DNA of 64,000 bases from a virus (IMGVR_UViG_2700989400_000004:1-64000); one strand, 5' to 3'. Shown: positions 38,109 through 48,975, counted from the stretch's first letter. The notes: generated from the sequence alone by a model not told the origin. Made by a program: numbers and translations.

Positions 38109-38480
38109 TTAAGCGACGCGGACGCGGACAAAATCAACGTCTTCTAAGGTGACGTTTTCCTGGCAGAAAGCTACGGTTACTTCGCCCAGCTTGATAGCCT
38201 GGTCTTTCACGTATTCACCAGCATCAAGGCGCATTGCGAACTCGCGACCTTCTTCCACGTAGTCAGCTACAACGGTTTCACCTGCTGCGATAGCATCGCC
38301 AATACCCTTACCTTCATGATATGCAGGGTTAACGATATACAGGCGGCCTGTTGCGTCGGTAGCGTTCATAAATACGCCATCAACCAGGGAAACCAGTTTA
38401 CCCGGTAAAACTTCCTCGCCTGCTGCGTAGGTTTCGGTAATGGATTTACCGTCAATATTTACACGACGAAAACGAAACAT
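38109..38480 (-). CDS. putative head decoration/cement protein
   Basis: 123 aa directly upstream of capsid gene. Confidence 0.4.
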   Translation of the reverse strand: MFRFRRVNIDGKSITETYAAGEEVLPGKLVSLVDGVFMNATDATGRLYIVNPAYHEGKGIGDAIAAGETVVADYVEEGREFAMRLDAGEYVKDQAIKLGEVTVAFCQENVTLEDVDFVRVRVA

Positions 38481-38496
38481 TGCGATCCCCTCTTAA

Positions 38497-39831
38497 TTAG
38501 AAATAGGTGTTAAAGTCTGGTACTTCGCCTTTTTTGCCTTCTTCAGCGGCATTGGTTGCCAGCGGCGCGGCTTTGCCCAGGTTTTTAAACATTTCTTCTA
38601 ACGCTTCACCACTCAAAGCATTAGCAACAATTTCGCCGTGAACTTTCATTACTGCGGCGCGTTTTTCTGCTTCTTTTTTATTTGCGTTTGCTGCGATCTC
38701 TTCTTTGATCGCTTTCTGGTTGGTCTGCAATTCTTCTACGCTTGCCTGTACTGGTTTTAATGCTTCCGCTACTGCATTAGCGATATTAGCGGCTAAGCCT
38801 TCGTTAATTTCTTTTACCAGATCGGCGCGTTCTTCAGGTGTTAAAGGCATATCGATTTCCTCTTTTTTATTAGCCTGGATTTTTTCTTTCAGGATAAACA
38901 AATCGGATAGGTGTTCGGCGAATTGAGTAAACCAGGATTTCGAATCCTCGTTAGTTTGCAGTTCGCCATCATTGAGAATTATTTTACCAGTCTGTTTTTT
39001 GTATGTGCAAACTTGAGCAATTTCACGTTGTTTTGCTTCATGATATACACCATCAACCAGGATGCCACCATCATAAGCACAATAAACATAGCTTACTTGT
39101 TCGTCATTGAAGTCATGAATATAAACATAGTCGGCGTCTTTATGTTTTTCTTGGAGCGCTGCGTAAAGCATTTTCTCTGTGGCACGATAGCTACCCTCCA
39201 TCATCGCTTTTTGTGTCAGCGGTCTGGCGGTTGCGGTATTAACCATCAGGCCAACCCCTTGTTCCGGGGATGCAGCGGGCGGCTCATGCAGTAAAATAGC
39301 GTCATGGTCGATCGACATAATTTTAACAACGCTGTCAGCACCCTGGGCTTTCATCTCTTCAGTAGCTGGCATACGTTGACGATATACGGCGACGGATGAC
39401 CAGATCGGCTCTTTGCTTTCGCCTTTCTCCAGTGCTTCCAGTCGGCTTAATAATTCGCGACCTTGTTCTGAATGGCTGGCGGTTTCCACGTCTACCCATT
39501 TTTCCACATAAACACGATTGCCGCGTAATTCAACGTTTCTGTTCCACGCTCCACAAAAACCCGTATTCAATCCTTCCGGGCTAAATGCGGATACAAATTT
39601 ACCGTCCACGGTAGGATGACCCAGCGGGGCAAGCGTTCCCTCCAGCGACTGGTAATTAGCGATAATTTCAGCTTCCGGGTAATATTCACGATTCATAACG
39701 ATGTTAAAGGGTAACGTGTAGGAAGGGACGACAATATGCTCTCTCCCGTTATACGTTTCCCGGCGGATTGTATTAGCGGTTAATTTGGTATTAACCTGAA
39801 TCAATTCTTTAGTCACGGTTTCTACTCCCAA
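38497..39831 (-). CDS. putative scaffolding protein
   Basis: 444 aa; coiled-coil Lys/Glu/Ala-rich C-terminal third. Confidence 0.45.
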   Translation of the reverse strand: MGVETVTKELIQVNTKLTANTIRRETYNGREHIVVPSYTLPFNIVMNREYYPEAEIIANYQSLEGTLAPLGHPTVDGKFVSAFSPEGLNTGFCGAWNRNVELRGNRVYVEKWVDVETASHSEQGRELLSRLEALEKGESKEPIWSSVAVYRQRMPATEEMKAQGADSVVKIMSIDHDAILLHEPPAASPEQGVGLMVNTATARPLTQKAMMEGSYRATEKMLYAALQEKHKDADYVYIHDFNDEQVSYVYCAYDGGILVDGVYHEAKQREIAQVCTYKKQTGKIILNDGELQTNEDSKSWFTQFAEHLSDLFILKEKIQANKKEEIDMPLTPEERADLVKEINEGLAANIANAVAEALKPVQASVEELQTNQKAIKEEIAANANKKEAEKRAAVMKVHGEIVANALSGEALEEMFKNLGKAAPLATNAAEEGKKGEVPDFNTYF

Positions 39832-40772
39832 TCTTCGCCATATTTAGCGTGCGCAACCTTATAGTTTTCTTGCGCCCGTTGTTTGATTCGGTTGTTTAAT
39901 ATATTACCGTCTTCATCCACCAATACGGTAATTGTGGTACATTTACAGTTAATGGAATTGGGGGAAATACTCCACCATTCGCGCTGTTGTTCGATGGTAT
40001 AAGTTTTCCCGTGTCGCTGTGCGTGAGTTAGGCGCGTCGTCGGTGATAATGCCGAAATATGCATTTGCATAGTGCGCAGATTAAATTCTTCTATTGCCGC
40101 TTCAGCTTCATCCATACGCGCTGTGCGTAACGCTGTGCATATTTCCGTTCGGGCAATACGTTTGCACCTGTATAGCGGCAATTGCGTTTCCTGCTGCAAT
40201 GTGCGCGCTATTTCCAGTGGATTTAAACCACGGGCCATCCCTTCGGTTAATCGCCGGGCCATATCCTTCTTGATCTGTGCTGTTAGCCCGCGCATTTCCT
40301 CAAATACACGGGTACGAACAAGGATCAGGCGCGTGCGGTAGGCTGTGCTGCTTAATACGTCCGCCACTTCAGGATAAGCCCTGGCATATGTGACCGACTG
40401 GTTAGCCAGGTTAGCATGTTCTTGTGACGTCCCGCGCTGATAAGCGACCTTCACATAGTTTTGCCAAAACCAAAATGAGTCAGGATCAGATAGTTCGAAT
40501 ATTTCATCAATCATCCCACCAGCATCATCAAGCAATGTTTGCAGTTCGTCCATGTATATTTGGAAGGTGTATTTCTTATTCAGTGACTTTTGCGCGGGTA
40601 TCTTGTCCAGGATGTCGATATAAGGTTGCGCCACTTTCTTTAAGCACGCCTTAAACCGCTTATCAGCCCCCGACCGTAACTTACCTGTCATGGTCGGGTC
40701 TTCGGTATTACTTGGCATTATTGCGGACGGCGGAATCTTTTTGATTATTTTCTTTATCTTCATCTTCATCAT
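39822..40772 (-). CDS. head morphogenesis protein (SPP1 gp7 / Mu F-like)
   Basis: Position after portal; start uncertain among three ATGs. Confidence 0.5.
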   Translation of the reverse strand: MMKMKIKKIIKKIPPSAIMPSNTEDPTMTGKLRSGADKRFKACLKKVAQPYIDILDKIPAQKSLNKKYTFQIYMDELQTLLDDAGGMIDEIFELSDPDSFWFWQNYVKVAYQRGTSQEHANLANQSVTYARAYPEVADVLSSTAYRTRLILVRTRVFEEMRGLTAQIKKDMARRLTEGMARGLNPLEIARTLQQETQLPLYRCKRIARTEICTALRTARMDEAEAAIEEFNLRTMQMHISALSPTTRLTHAQRHGKTYTIEQQREWWSISPNSINCKCTTITVLVDEDGNILNNRIKQRAQENYKVAHAKYGEDWE

Positions 40773-42111
40773 CCCCGTCTTTCTCTTCTTCCAGTTCTAC
40801 TTCCTGCGTTGGCCCTTCATATCCGGCAGCTTCGCGGATCTCTTCACCGTCGAATATTTGCTCCCCGGTGGCTAAGCACGCCTGATTGATTTGCGCCATC
40901 TTATGGGCCGCTTCCAGCATTTCAGCCTTAGTCATGGCGTTTAGGTCGTCCCATATCACTGATATGTCGGCAGGCATTGCAATCAAGCGAAGGTCAGCCA
41001 GCTTGCGGAATAGATCCTCAAGCTCCCCGCCGATTTCCTCGCGTCGGGTCATACAGCGATTGTTGAAATAGCGTAGATCTTCGGTTGATGCGCGTTCACC
41101 CTGCTGATTGCCAACCAGGATACGCGTCGGGATGTCGATACCAGCGGCTGCGGTTTGCAGGTTGACGTCATAGGTTGCAGTCGGATCAGGAACGGTTGTT
41201 ACCAGTGGATTGACGGTAGCGCCTTGTAACGCCATCATCACATCATTACCCTTATTGATTTCAGCGGTGGCCTCATTGAACTTCTCGCGTAGCTCTGTGA
41301 CGTCGCAATCATAGGTTGCAGCCAGGGACCGGAAATCAATCTCTTTATCGAACGAGATAGCCAGTTGACGCGCTGCGTTTTTCAGGAATGACTCACCGCT
41401 ACCACCTTCCACTTTCTCCAGTGAAACAAAGGCGTTGTAGGACGGCTCAAGAAAGGCTATGGCGTCTTCAGAATAGTCCCCGAAGATAAAAACCCGGTCT
41501 GCGTGAATCTTCCTGTTTACGGTCTTCCCGTTAATGCGTTCTTTGTACTCCCACCAGGTAGGCAGGCCATAGTTCGGCTCATCTGGATCTGCTTCGAAGT
41601 CTTTCGGTGTTAATGCACCAGCCCACACAGGCGTAAACTTCTCGATCGCTGTTCCCTTAGTTACGGGCTTATCCCACGGTTGGTTATCTTTGACGTGGAT
41701 TAATAGTCCGGCATAACGACCGATGAGGCGGCGACGGTCGCATTCTGAGATAGTGCGCCAAAAACGATTATCAAATTGCTTTTTAATCGCCTTTTCCCAG
41801 GGTGTTTCTTTTTCGGCGCGTTCATCTTCCGTCCCCTCGATGATAACCGGGGATGTGCGCCAGCAAGTGGTAATTATCTTTTCGATGGCCCCGTGAGCGA
41901 TGCCACCGCGACGGTACAGCTTATATAAATCGGTGTAGGTGATTTCTTCTTTGAATCCGTATTCACTCCATGCTGCGTTACGTTTCGCATCAATACCCAT
42001 TGAGAATGGATGCGCGGCAGCATAGCGGGTCATGGCTGCATGACGTTGTGATAATGCAGCATTGACCGCCAATTCAAGGTTTGAAGGCATAATGTTTACT
42101 CCTGAATACAT
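40708..42111 (-). CDS. portal protein
   Basis: 467 aa; acidic C-terminal tail; position after large terminase. Confidence 0.75.
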   Translation of the reverse strand: MYSGVNIMPSNLELAVNAALSQRHAAMTRYAAAHPFSMGIDAKRNAAWSEYGFKEEITYTDLYKLYRRGGIAHGAIEKIITTCWRTSPVIIEGTEDERAEKETPWEKAIKKQFDNRFWRTISECDRRRLIGRYAGLLIHVKDNQPWDKPVTKGTAIEKFTPVWAGALTPKDFEADPDEPNYGLPTWWEYKERINGKTVNRKIHADRVFIFGDYSEDAIAFLEPSYNAFVSLEKVEGGSGESFLKNAARQLAISFDKEIDFRSLAATYDCDVTELREKFNEATAEINKGNDVMMALQGATVNPLVTTVPDPTATYDVNLQTAAAGIDIPTRILVGNQQGERASTEDLRYFNNRCMTRREEIGGELEDLFRKLADLRLIAMPADISVIWDDLNAMTKAEMLEAAHKMAQINQACLATGEQIFDGEEIREAAGYEGPTQEVELEEEKDGDDEDEDKENNQKDSAVRNNAK

Positions 42112-42167
42112 GTTTACGCGTTGCTACGCGGAAAATAGAAAAATTCGTGAGGATTGTGAGGCAGATT

Positions 42168-43652
42168 TTAAAATCCGCGTAGGCGCTTGGGTAACATAAG
42201 GCCCATCGCCTGGGGTTGGCTCAATTCAGTGATACCCCACACCATCGCGTCGAGTCGGTCCGGGGATTTTTTAGCGGTAGCTGGCACGTATTCCATCATT
42301 TGATTTTCCAGCATGTACAGGCTGCCTGTGTGGGCCACCCTTCCTTGTGCATACAGTGCTGATATTGGCTCGGCGCGGGCGAATTTACCCTTGCTTGCGT
42401 GCACCTTAACAATGCGGCCCTTGAATCCGGCGTTACGTAGCGTGGCCTCTGCCATTTCGCCGCCCTGGTTGGTTTCGATAACTATCGCGTCAGCTTCATG
42501 GATGTTGTAAGCGTTCATTGAGGCTTGCGCCCATTCGTTAGGAGACATGCGGCCTGAGTAGTCACCGTCTACAGAATACTGAGCGTGCTTACCGCCACCA
42601 TAAGCGGAACACGCCACGATCCCGGTTTCGTCAGACTCATCAGATGATGTTGTTGCCGGGTCGATTGCTATCACCGTGCGGATCTTGTCCTGCGTTATCT
42701 GCATCCGGTGCGCGGCGGTTATCATCACTTCCGACCACAATGCGCCCTCTTGATCGAACTTGCGCGGACGCTGCATATATTGAGCTTCGAATGTTCGGCG
42801 ATGTGATTTAAGAGTTGATTCATCTTTATCACTATGCTTATGCAACCATAGCCAGCCGTCCGGCAGGTTGTGAGGAACAGGAATAGCGAATTCGTTTTCC
42901 GGGTATAGATCCCAATAGTCAAGACTGTTGTCGATCTTCACTGGCAGGCAAAGGTGATGCCATTTCTCACCACTACCGCCACGTAACAGGTAGCCGGACA
43001 AATCATCGTAGTGGATGCGCTGCATAATGACGATAACTGGCGTTGTTTGCACAGCCAGACGTGAAGCAAGCGTATCGTTGTAGTTGGTGTTAACTTTATT
43101 CCGCATCACATCAGAGTAAGCGTCAGCGGGCTTTAATGGGTCGTCGATAATCATCGCGCCGTTAAAGCCTGGCTCCATGTAACCAGCACGAAAACCCGTA
43201 ATCTGACCGTGTGACGATGCGGCATATACCCCGCCGCCATATTCCGTCCACCACATTGATTTGGAATTGGCGTCATTACGGATCCTCATGGGCCATAATT
43301 TCTGGTACTCCTGCGAACAAATCATGTTTCTGACTGTCGAGGAATTGAGTAACGCAAGATTGTCAGAATAGGAAACGTGAAGAAATCGTGTGCGGGGACT
43401 TATTGCGAGGGACCGCGCCATCATGTTGATTGTTGCGATCGCGGTTTTACCATACCCTGGGGGAATGTTAATGATGAGGCGGGTAATTTCACCATTAATA
43501 ACACGTTGTAGCGCATCATGGATGGCTATTTGATGGCCTGATATTAACATCTTCGCGCCGTTTGCCTGCTTGTAGAAATAACGGTTGAAGAACAGGCCAT
43601 CGTTTTCGCATTTTGACTGAATAACCTCTTCTTTGATGGTCAACATAATCAC
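42168..43652 (-). CDS. terminase large subunit
   Basis: 494 aa; Walker A PPGYGKT; C-terminal nuclease-type acidic residues. Confidence 0.85.
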   Translation of the reverse strand: MIMLTIKEEVIQSKCENDGLFFNRYFYKQANGAKMLISGHQIAIHDALQRVINGEITRLIINIPPGYGKTAIATINMMARSLAISPRTRFLHVSYSDNLALLNSSTVRNMICSQEYQKLWPMRIRNDANSKSMWWTEYGGGVYAASSHGQITGFRAGYMEPGFNGAMIIDDPLKPADAYSDVMRNKVNTNYNDTLASRLAVQTTPVIVIMQRIHYDDLSGYLLRGGSGEKWHHLCLPVKIDNSLDYWDLYPENEFAIPVPHNLPDGWLWLHKHSDKDESTLKSHRRTFEAQYMQRPRKFDQEGALWSEVMITAAHRMQITQDKIRTVIAIDPATTSSDESDETGIVACSAYGGGKHAQYSVDGDYSGRMSPNEWAQASMNAYNIHEADAIVIETNQGGEMAEATLRNAGFKGRIVKVHASKGKFARAEPISALYAQGRVAHTGSLYMLENQMMEYVPATAKKSPDRLDAMVWGITELSQPQAMGLMLPKRLRGF

Positions 43653-44134
43653 ACCTCATTTTCTACTTCCTGGACGATGCGGGCGATCTCTTCTTTCGTG
43701 ATTTCAATCTGGACGGGCGCTTCTTCCTTGTTGCCGACGATCTCCTGTGTGACGCGTTCGCCGTATTTGCGCGACTGAAGTTTTGCCAGTAGCCACTTGC
43801 GCGTTTCAATCATTAGTTGGTGGCGTCGCAACTGATCTTTATCTGCGTTCTCTGCTGCATCAGCCAGATCGATGATTTCATCAGCCAATACCTCGAAGCC
43901 GATCTCCTTCGCGCGCGCGTACATGATCGAGAATTCCGGTACATCCCTAAACCATTTCAGGATTGTTGAACGGGTAGGCATACCAGGCATTTTCGAAATT
44001 TTATTAATACTCTGACCATCCGCCACCAGTTCACATATTTCTAACGCTTTTTCTTCTGTATAACCATGCGGACGGCCCACCCTTTTTGCGGCTGGCCTTT
44101 TATCGTCAGCTTTTGCCTTTTTAGTGCGGACCAT
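43649..44134 (-). CDS. terminase small subunit (HTH)
   Basis: 161 aa; N-terminal HTH; 4-nt overlap with large subunit. Confidence 0.6.
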   Translation of the reverse strand: MVRTKKAKADDKRPAAKRVGRPHGYTEEKALEICELVADGQSINKISKMPGMPTRSTILKWFRDVPEFSIMYARAKEIGFEVLADEIIDLADAAENADKDQLRRHQLMIETRKWLLAKLQSRKYGERVTQEIVGNKEEAPVQIEITKEEIARIVQEVENEV

Positions 44135-44224
44135 AATTCACCTCTCAATATCTAATGATGATATATACGCAACCCACACAACTTGCGCAGTATGTTAAAA
44201 CTTCCAACCAGTCGAATAGCTCTT

Positions 44225-45082
44225 TCATTGTTTACCCTTGAATCTCTGTTTTGCTTCTTTGTAAATAAGCCCGGTAATCATTACGATCACGTATACGCAT
44301 AACAGTAACGCGGCAATAAGCACGCATGAGCAAACTAAGAACATTAACAGATCGATGAATTCAAACATAATTATCCCTTTACGTAATCGAAAACGCCCAG
44401 ATAATAATGACGATAGCCAAAACCATATAGATAAAATCTGACTCTCTCATCTTTTTAACCCTCGATAAAAATCAACGGCAATAACTACAACTACAGCCAC
44501 CAGCAATAGCATTTCATATGCGTTCATTGACACTACCTATAACCAGACCAATGATTATGATTATGGCGACAATGCCTAACATCATTCCGCACATAATCGC
44601 CAGTAATTCGAATATATCCATACTGTCACCTATGGGCGATCTCTGAACATCGCATAGAAAAACCATATAACAATCGCCAGAATAACCAGCGGTATTAACT
44701 CATAGAATGGGCCGTACATAAATTCACCTATACAACATTCTTCCACCAGAAATAGATAATGACGGCGACCAACGACCACCAGATGAGATCGTAAATATTC
44801 ATGGTGAATACCTTTAGCTTTCAATGAATATCATGATCGCCAGCCATACAGCGACGCAGGCAGAAAGGATAATGAGCTGGTCAATCATATTGTCACCCAT
44901 CTAATATTTGCTCTTTACGGTTATCAGTACGGCGATAACAAAGCCAACCAGAAATATAGATATACCTATTAATCCGGCGATGGTGCTATCGTCCATAATC
45001 AACCTACGGGCCATTTTGGGGAAAACATTACAATCGCAGTTGCAGCCGCGCCGATAAATACACCTAGCAGGAAAGTAAACAT
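44225..45082 (-). other. tandem array of nine tiny hydrophobic peptide ORFs (22-47 aa each)
   Basis: Individual ORFs 44999..45082, 44901..44996, 44814..44900, 44728..44802, 44630..44719, 44514..44621, 44447..44527, 44379..44450, 44225..44368; most have Shine-Dalgarno or overlapping stop/start; no longer ORF on either strand. Confidence 0.45.
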
Positions 45083-45084
45083 AA

Positions 45085-45627
45085 TCACCCCCGTTTAAAG
45101 CTCATAACGCGCGGCACAAGCGCTTCTTTTGCTTTCGGCTTACGTTTGCCTTTCTTCGCGGTTTTTTCTTCTTCCTTCGGCTGTTCTGCCTGTTCTAATG
45201 CCTGCTCAACGACTTCAGCCGCCTGCATTGCTGCAACCTGTGCTTCGTTTGATTCTGCCAGGATAGGGAAAAATGCATCAAAGATGCGGCCTACCATGTA
45301 AGCGTAAGTCTCATTCGCCGGATGAGATGGATCAGTGGTAGCCACGACGCCTACATCGCTTAAAACGTGAAATGTCGTGTGCGCCGCTTCATGTACCAGC
45401 GTTCCTAACTCATTGTCGAATACTGCGATCACGTAGAAGTTACCGCCTTTCTCACCAGTGCAAGTAAGCGTCAATCCTCCTGCCAGTTCGAAATCAGGCT
45501 CAATTGGAATTCCTGCCTTTTCGCAAAATTCATAAAACATCTCGCGGGTCGGGCAAAAGAAAACGGTTGTATGCTCAAAGAGCGGTACTTTGAATTGAGG
45601 CAATTTAATGCCTTTAGCCTTAGCCAT
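45085..45627 (-). CDS. hypothetical protein with HEAAH (HExxH) motif
   Basis: 180 aa; LVHEAAHTTFHVL; Lys-rich C-terminus. Confidence 0.4.
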   Translation of the reverse strand: MAKAKGIKLPQFKVPLFEHTTVFFCPTREMFYEFCEKAGIPIEPDFELAGGLTLTCTGEKGGNFYVIAVFDNELGTLVHEAAHTTFHVLSDVGVVATTDPSHPANETYAYMVGRIFDAFFPILAESNEAQVAAMQAAEVVEQALEQAEQPKEEEKTAKKGKRKPKAKEALVPRVMSFKRG

Positions 45628-45912
45628 CAGAATAATCTCCTATTCTGAAAAATATAACCCCCGCAAAACTCGACACCGCAGGGAGTGAAAACAGCTATAA
45701 AACACTGAAAACGGCGCTTCATCAGTACCGTTTCCAGAATTTTATAAAATTGGTGAATGGCGCTTTCTTCTACCCAGGTAGCGCCGACCTGTCAATGGGA
45801 TGGATGATCCGGTATTACGTGTTTTCGACTATTCCGCCGTCGCTCGCGGGAAGGATTGGCCCGGTTATGGCTGGCTGGCAGAAACGGCGACACGTCCACG
45901 CACTGCCTGTAT

Positions 45913-46215
45913 TTACTCCGCGATCTTACCGATCTTGCTCATCTTCCACTCGTTCCCATGATGGCAATTACATGGCTTGTGTATTGACCGGACTGTTTCG
46001 AATTTCTCATTAATGATGTATGCCTCCGCATGTTCAGGAATATCCACCGTCGCCCAGCCGCCGTGCTCGTCCAGTACGCCCTTAACCTTCATTTGATATT
46101 TGCCAAAAACGTTTTCTTTTATTACGGAAAATGAAGGTGATAACTCAAAGTAATCCTCACTTTCTTTTAAAATTGTGTCGGTATGTTCTTTAACAATTAA
46201 TTTCAGGAATAGCAT
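45913..46215 (-). CDS. hypothetical protein
   Basis: 100 aa ORF after spanin genes. Confidence 0.35.
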   Translation of the reverse strand: MLFLKLIVKEHTDTILKESEDYFELSPSFSVIKENVFGKYQMKVKGVLDEHGGWATVDIPEHAEAYIINEKFETVRSIHKPCNCHHGNEWKMSKIGKIAE

Positions 46216-46224
46216 AATCTACCT

Positions 46225-46707
46225 CTATTTCTGTCTTGTGCATTGTGTTCGTATGTAGTTTTGTAGTTCAGTTATTTTTGCATCTTTCTGTGCTAACCCT
46301 TCTCTGAGGGATAGATAATTTGATTGAGCGCTGGCAGTAGGTCTACAGGTGGCTCCATCAATGCGGCCGGTGGTTCCGGCGGGATCGGACACTCGCACAG
46401 GTATTGCGTTGACGTGCAACCGGATAGCACCGCTATCAATACCAGCACGCAGATCAGCAATGTCGGACCTGATAGCTTTAATTTCATCGTGATACCTCTT
46501 ATCAAGTTTTGACAGTTCGGCGTTTCGCTCCTTCATTTGCTGTATGGTGTTACTCGCTGTTTTTAATGCGCCTTGCGTCGTCGTTAGTTCTTCCTGTAAG
46601 CGCGTTACAGCTCCCTGTGTCTGACATAGTGCAGCGGTAAGCCCGACGATAATGCAAACAACCACGGCGATGATTAACGCCTTTATCTTGTCCACGTTTC
46701 CCCCCAT
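46225..46707 (-). CDS. i-spanin (Rz-like)
   Basis: N-terminal TM then coiled-coil periplasmic domain; follows endolysin. Confidence 0.6.
   Translation of the reverse strand: MGGNVDKIKALIIAVVVCIIVGLTAALCQTQGAVTRLQEELTTTQGALKTASNTIQQMKERNAELSKLDKRYHDEIKAIRSDIADLRAGIDSGAIRLHVNAIPVRVSDPAGTTGRIDGATCRPTASAQSNYLSLREGLAQKDAKITELQNYIRTQCTRQK
46293..46487 (-). CDS. o-spanin (Rz1-like lipoprotein) embedded in Rz
   Basis: Lipobox LSGC, Pro-rich; embedded in +1 frame of Rz. Confidence 0.55.
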   Translation of the reverse strand: MKLKLSGPTLLICVLVLIAVLSGCTSTQYLCECPIPPEPPAALMEPPVDLLPALNQIIYPSEKG

Positions 46708-47174
46708 TCACAAACGGCATATTCAACATCACGGCGGTTAATTAACCCTTGCCATTTCTGACCACCAGCATAAATCCAGCGTTTAAGCTGTGCGCACGCT
46801 TCTGATTTCTTGCCGTCATTGAGTAGTTTTAATAAGGTTGATGTTTTGAAGTTGGTAGCGCCTACGTTATAGGCGAACGAGTAAAGCGCGGCGCGGGTAA
46901 AGTCGGAGATTTCTACCTTGATATAAGGGTCAATAGCTTTCGCCACCTTGTGAAGATCTTTATTAAGCAATGCCTCACATTCTGCCGGGGTGTAAGTCTT
47001 GCCTAGCATAATGTCTTTTCCGGTGTGACCTGCGCATACGGTCCAGACACCAATAACATCACGGTATGGCTTGTATTCCACGCCCTCCAGCGGTTTAATC
47101 ATCACGGCAGCAATTGCTATTGCCCCACCCGCCGCAGCCGCCAGAATCTGGCGTTTTAGCGTTTTGCTAATCAT
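46683..47174 (-). CDS. SAR endolysin (phage lysozyme)
   Basis: 163 aa; N-terminal signal-anchor-release-type hydrophobic segment followed by lysozyme-like domain. Confidence 0.75.
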   Translation of the reverse strand: MISKTLKRQILAAAAGGAIAIAAVMIKPLEGVEYKPYRDVIGVWTVCAGHTGKDIMLGKTYTPAECEALLNKDLHKVAKAIDPYIKVEISDFTRAALYSFAYNVGATNFKTSTLLKLLNDGKKSEACAQLKRWIYAGGQKWQGLINRRDVEYAVCEWGETWTR

Positions 47175-47440
47175 AACTTATTCATCTCCAGGTTGTGCCT
47201 TTCCTGTTCGCGCTTGTTCTCCTGTCGCTTGTAGTACCAATTAACCGCGAATGTGCCTATCGTGCACCCGATACCAACTATCACGGCTATGTCATTCAGG
47301 GATAAACCGCCAATTATGGTTGTCAGAATACCAGCTACATAGCTTGCGGCCTCCCTTGTTCGCGTGATTAACGTGGCGATCATTAATACCCCCAACAAAA
47401 CAAAAACCCGGCGCGGGGCCGGGTGGATACAATTTCGCAT
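47171..47440 (-). CDS. holin
   Basis: 89 aa, two hydrophobic helices, charged C-terminus, immediately upstream of endolysin. Confidence 0.55.
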   Translation of the reverse strand: MRNCIHPAPRRVFVLLGVLMIATLITRTREAASYVAGILTTIIGGLSLNDIAVIVGIGCTIGTFAVNWYYKRQENKREQERHNLEMNKL

Positions 47441-47502
47441 TGTTAGGAAATATTTTAATCCGTTTGTTTAATCCATACAAATATGGCTTACATCTTCCTT
47501 TC

Positions 47503-47676
47503 TATAAGGTCGTTATCCAGTAATAAACGCATGTTATCGCGACGCATACTACTTACTTTCCAATACTGGTCACTTAGTGTCTTTATGAAAATTTTGTCAC
47601 CTTTTACCATATATGCAATCGAGTGATATTTATGGATATATACACCATCTTCGATCTCATTCATAAATCACCAACC
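47503..47676 (-). CDS. hypothetical small protein
   Basis: 57 aa; ATGA overlap with upstream ORF. Confidence 0.3.
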
Positions 47677-47858
47677 TTAATCCAGAATCCGCGCTTAATC
47701 GCCCTGATGATAACTTTTGTTGTCCCACGGAAAGGCGGTTCAATCCACGGCTCAAACTTATAAAGTCGCGTCAAAACGTGTTCACCCTCAAGGCGATAAT
47801 AAGCGCGTGTAATCAACGATTGATATACGCCGTCATATTTATGGTCGCTATTTCTCAT
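47661..47858 (-). CDS. hypothetical small protein
   Basis: Q-to-lysis island ORF. Confidence 0.3.
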   Translation of the reverse strand: MRNSDHKYDGVYQSLITRAYYRLEGEHVLTRLYKFEPWIEPPFRGTTKVIIRAIKRGFWIKVGDL

Positions 47859-48051
47859 TTTTGCGTTCCTTAATGGCTCTTTTGATCTGCGTGCGCGTGG
47901 CATCGACGAGAGCGATAAACACCGCTATAGGCCAAAAAGGGATGAGCCCTCCACGGTCGAGATCGTTACTTGTGATGAAACAAGCCATCAGGATAGCGCC
48001 AGCGATATAAAGGAGAACTACCGCCAGGATAAGCAATTCAATCATTCTCAC
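47848..48051 (-). CDS. hypothetical membrane protein
   Basis: 67 aa, two hydrophobic helices. Confidence 0.35.
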   Translation of the reverse strand: MRMIELLILAVVLLYIAGAILMACFITSNDLDRGGLIPFWPIAVFIALVDATRTQIKRAIKERKNEK

Positions 48052-48154
48052 CCCCTAAGCGTTGATATATTTCCTCTGCATCCTCCCCGCGCTCAAAGCA
48101 AAAGTTTTCAAATAGCCGCCAGTATTCAGCAAACGCTGATAAATTAGTCATTGT

Positions 48155-48508
48155 TTATTCTCCTTCGTAAAAAGTCGTCACCAGTTCGGCATCAATTAAG
48201 GTGTTATGTTCTACCCAAACCCCGTGGCGCATTGCGAAAGCTATCTCACCAGCTATTTTTCGCCACATAGGAATAGATTCATCAAAATATGTTTTTTCCA
48301 ATTCCTCATTGTATGTCAATTCGCAAAACCGACCACGATTAACATCTTCAATCACGCGGGAGTACTCGCCATCAAACCTACTAACTCCGCGCCATAGTTT
48401 GATCACAACCATAATTAAACTCCGTTTGATGGGGCCATCCGGCCCCGTGGTAAATTTATATTCGTTACAAGTTGTGCGGCAAAACATCCGGTCAAAATAG
48501 CTTTCCAT
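48155..48508 (-). CDS. hypothetical protein
   Basis: 117 aa island ORF. Confidence 0.35.
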   Translation of the reverse strand: MESYFDRMFCRTTCNEYKFTTGPDGPIKRSLIMVVIKLWRGVSRFDGEYSRVIEDVNRGRFCELTYNEELEKTYFDESIPMWRKIAGEIAFAMRHGVWVEHNTLIDAELVTTFYEGE

Positions 48509-48759
48509 CAGAAAACCCCTTTATAATCGACCGTGTATTTCGCTATCAGGTTCCAATCGCAATAATTAAGCATGTCGCGCGGTTGCCAGCCTTTCATGCC
48601 AACCGCCCGCCGCGCAGCGTGGCGGCGATAATCGTCATTAAGATCCGCAATGCACCACGGCTGGAGTACAAACATATAATTGGCCTCATTAATCAGGATA
48701 GCTACCCGTTTCCCTGTTGCCTTATCTTTTGCCCTGAAATAATTCACTTTCACTTTCAT
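48508..48759 (-). CDS. hypothetical protein
   Basis: 83 aa island ORF. Confidence 0.35.
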   Translation of the reverse strand: MKVKVNYFRAKDKATGKRVAILINEANYMFVLQPWCIADLNDDYRRHAARRAVGMKGWQPRDMLNYCDWNLIAKYTVDYKGVF

Positions 48760-48971
48760 TTTAATACCTCGTCGATCAGCATTTCTTCTTCCAGGTTAGC
48801 CGGACGTTTACGGAATATCCCGGCGAAGACAAGATCTTCCAGTAGGTCTTTGCGCTTAAATAACCATTCCTTCATTATTACCCCGTCATCGCTGCGATAT
48901 ACGACGCCGTTTTTCAGAAAATAAAAAGTATGGGTATTCGTCTGAAGGTATAAGTCTTCGTAAACGTCCAT
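48756..48971 (-). CDS. hypothetical protein
   Basis: 71 aa island ORF. Confidence 0.3.
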   Translation of the reverse strand: MDVYEDLYLQTNTHTFYFLKNGVVYRSDDGVIMKEWLFKRKDLLEDLVFAGIFRKRPANLEEEMLIDEVLK

Positions 48972-48975
48972 GATA

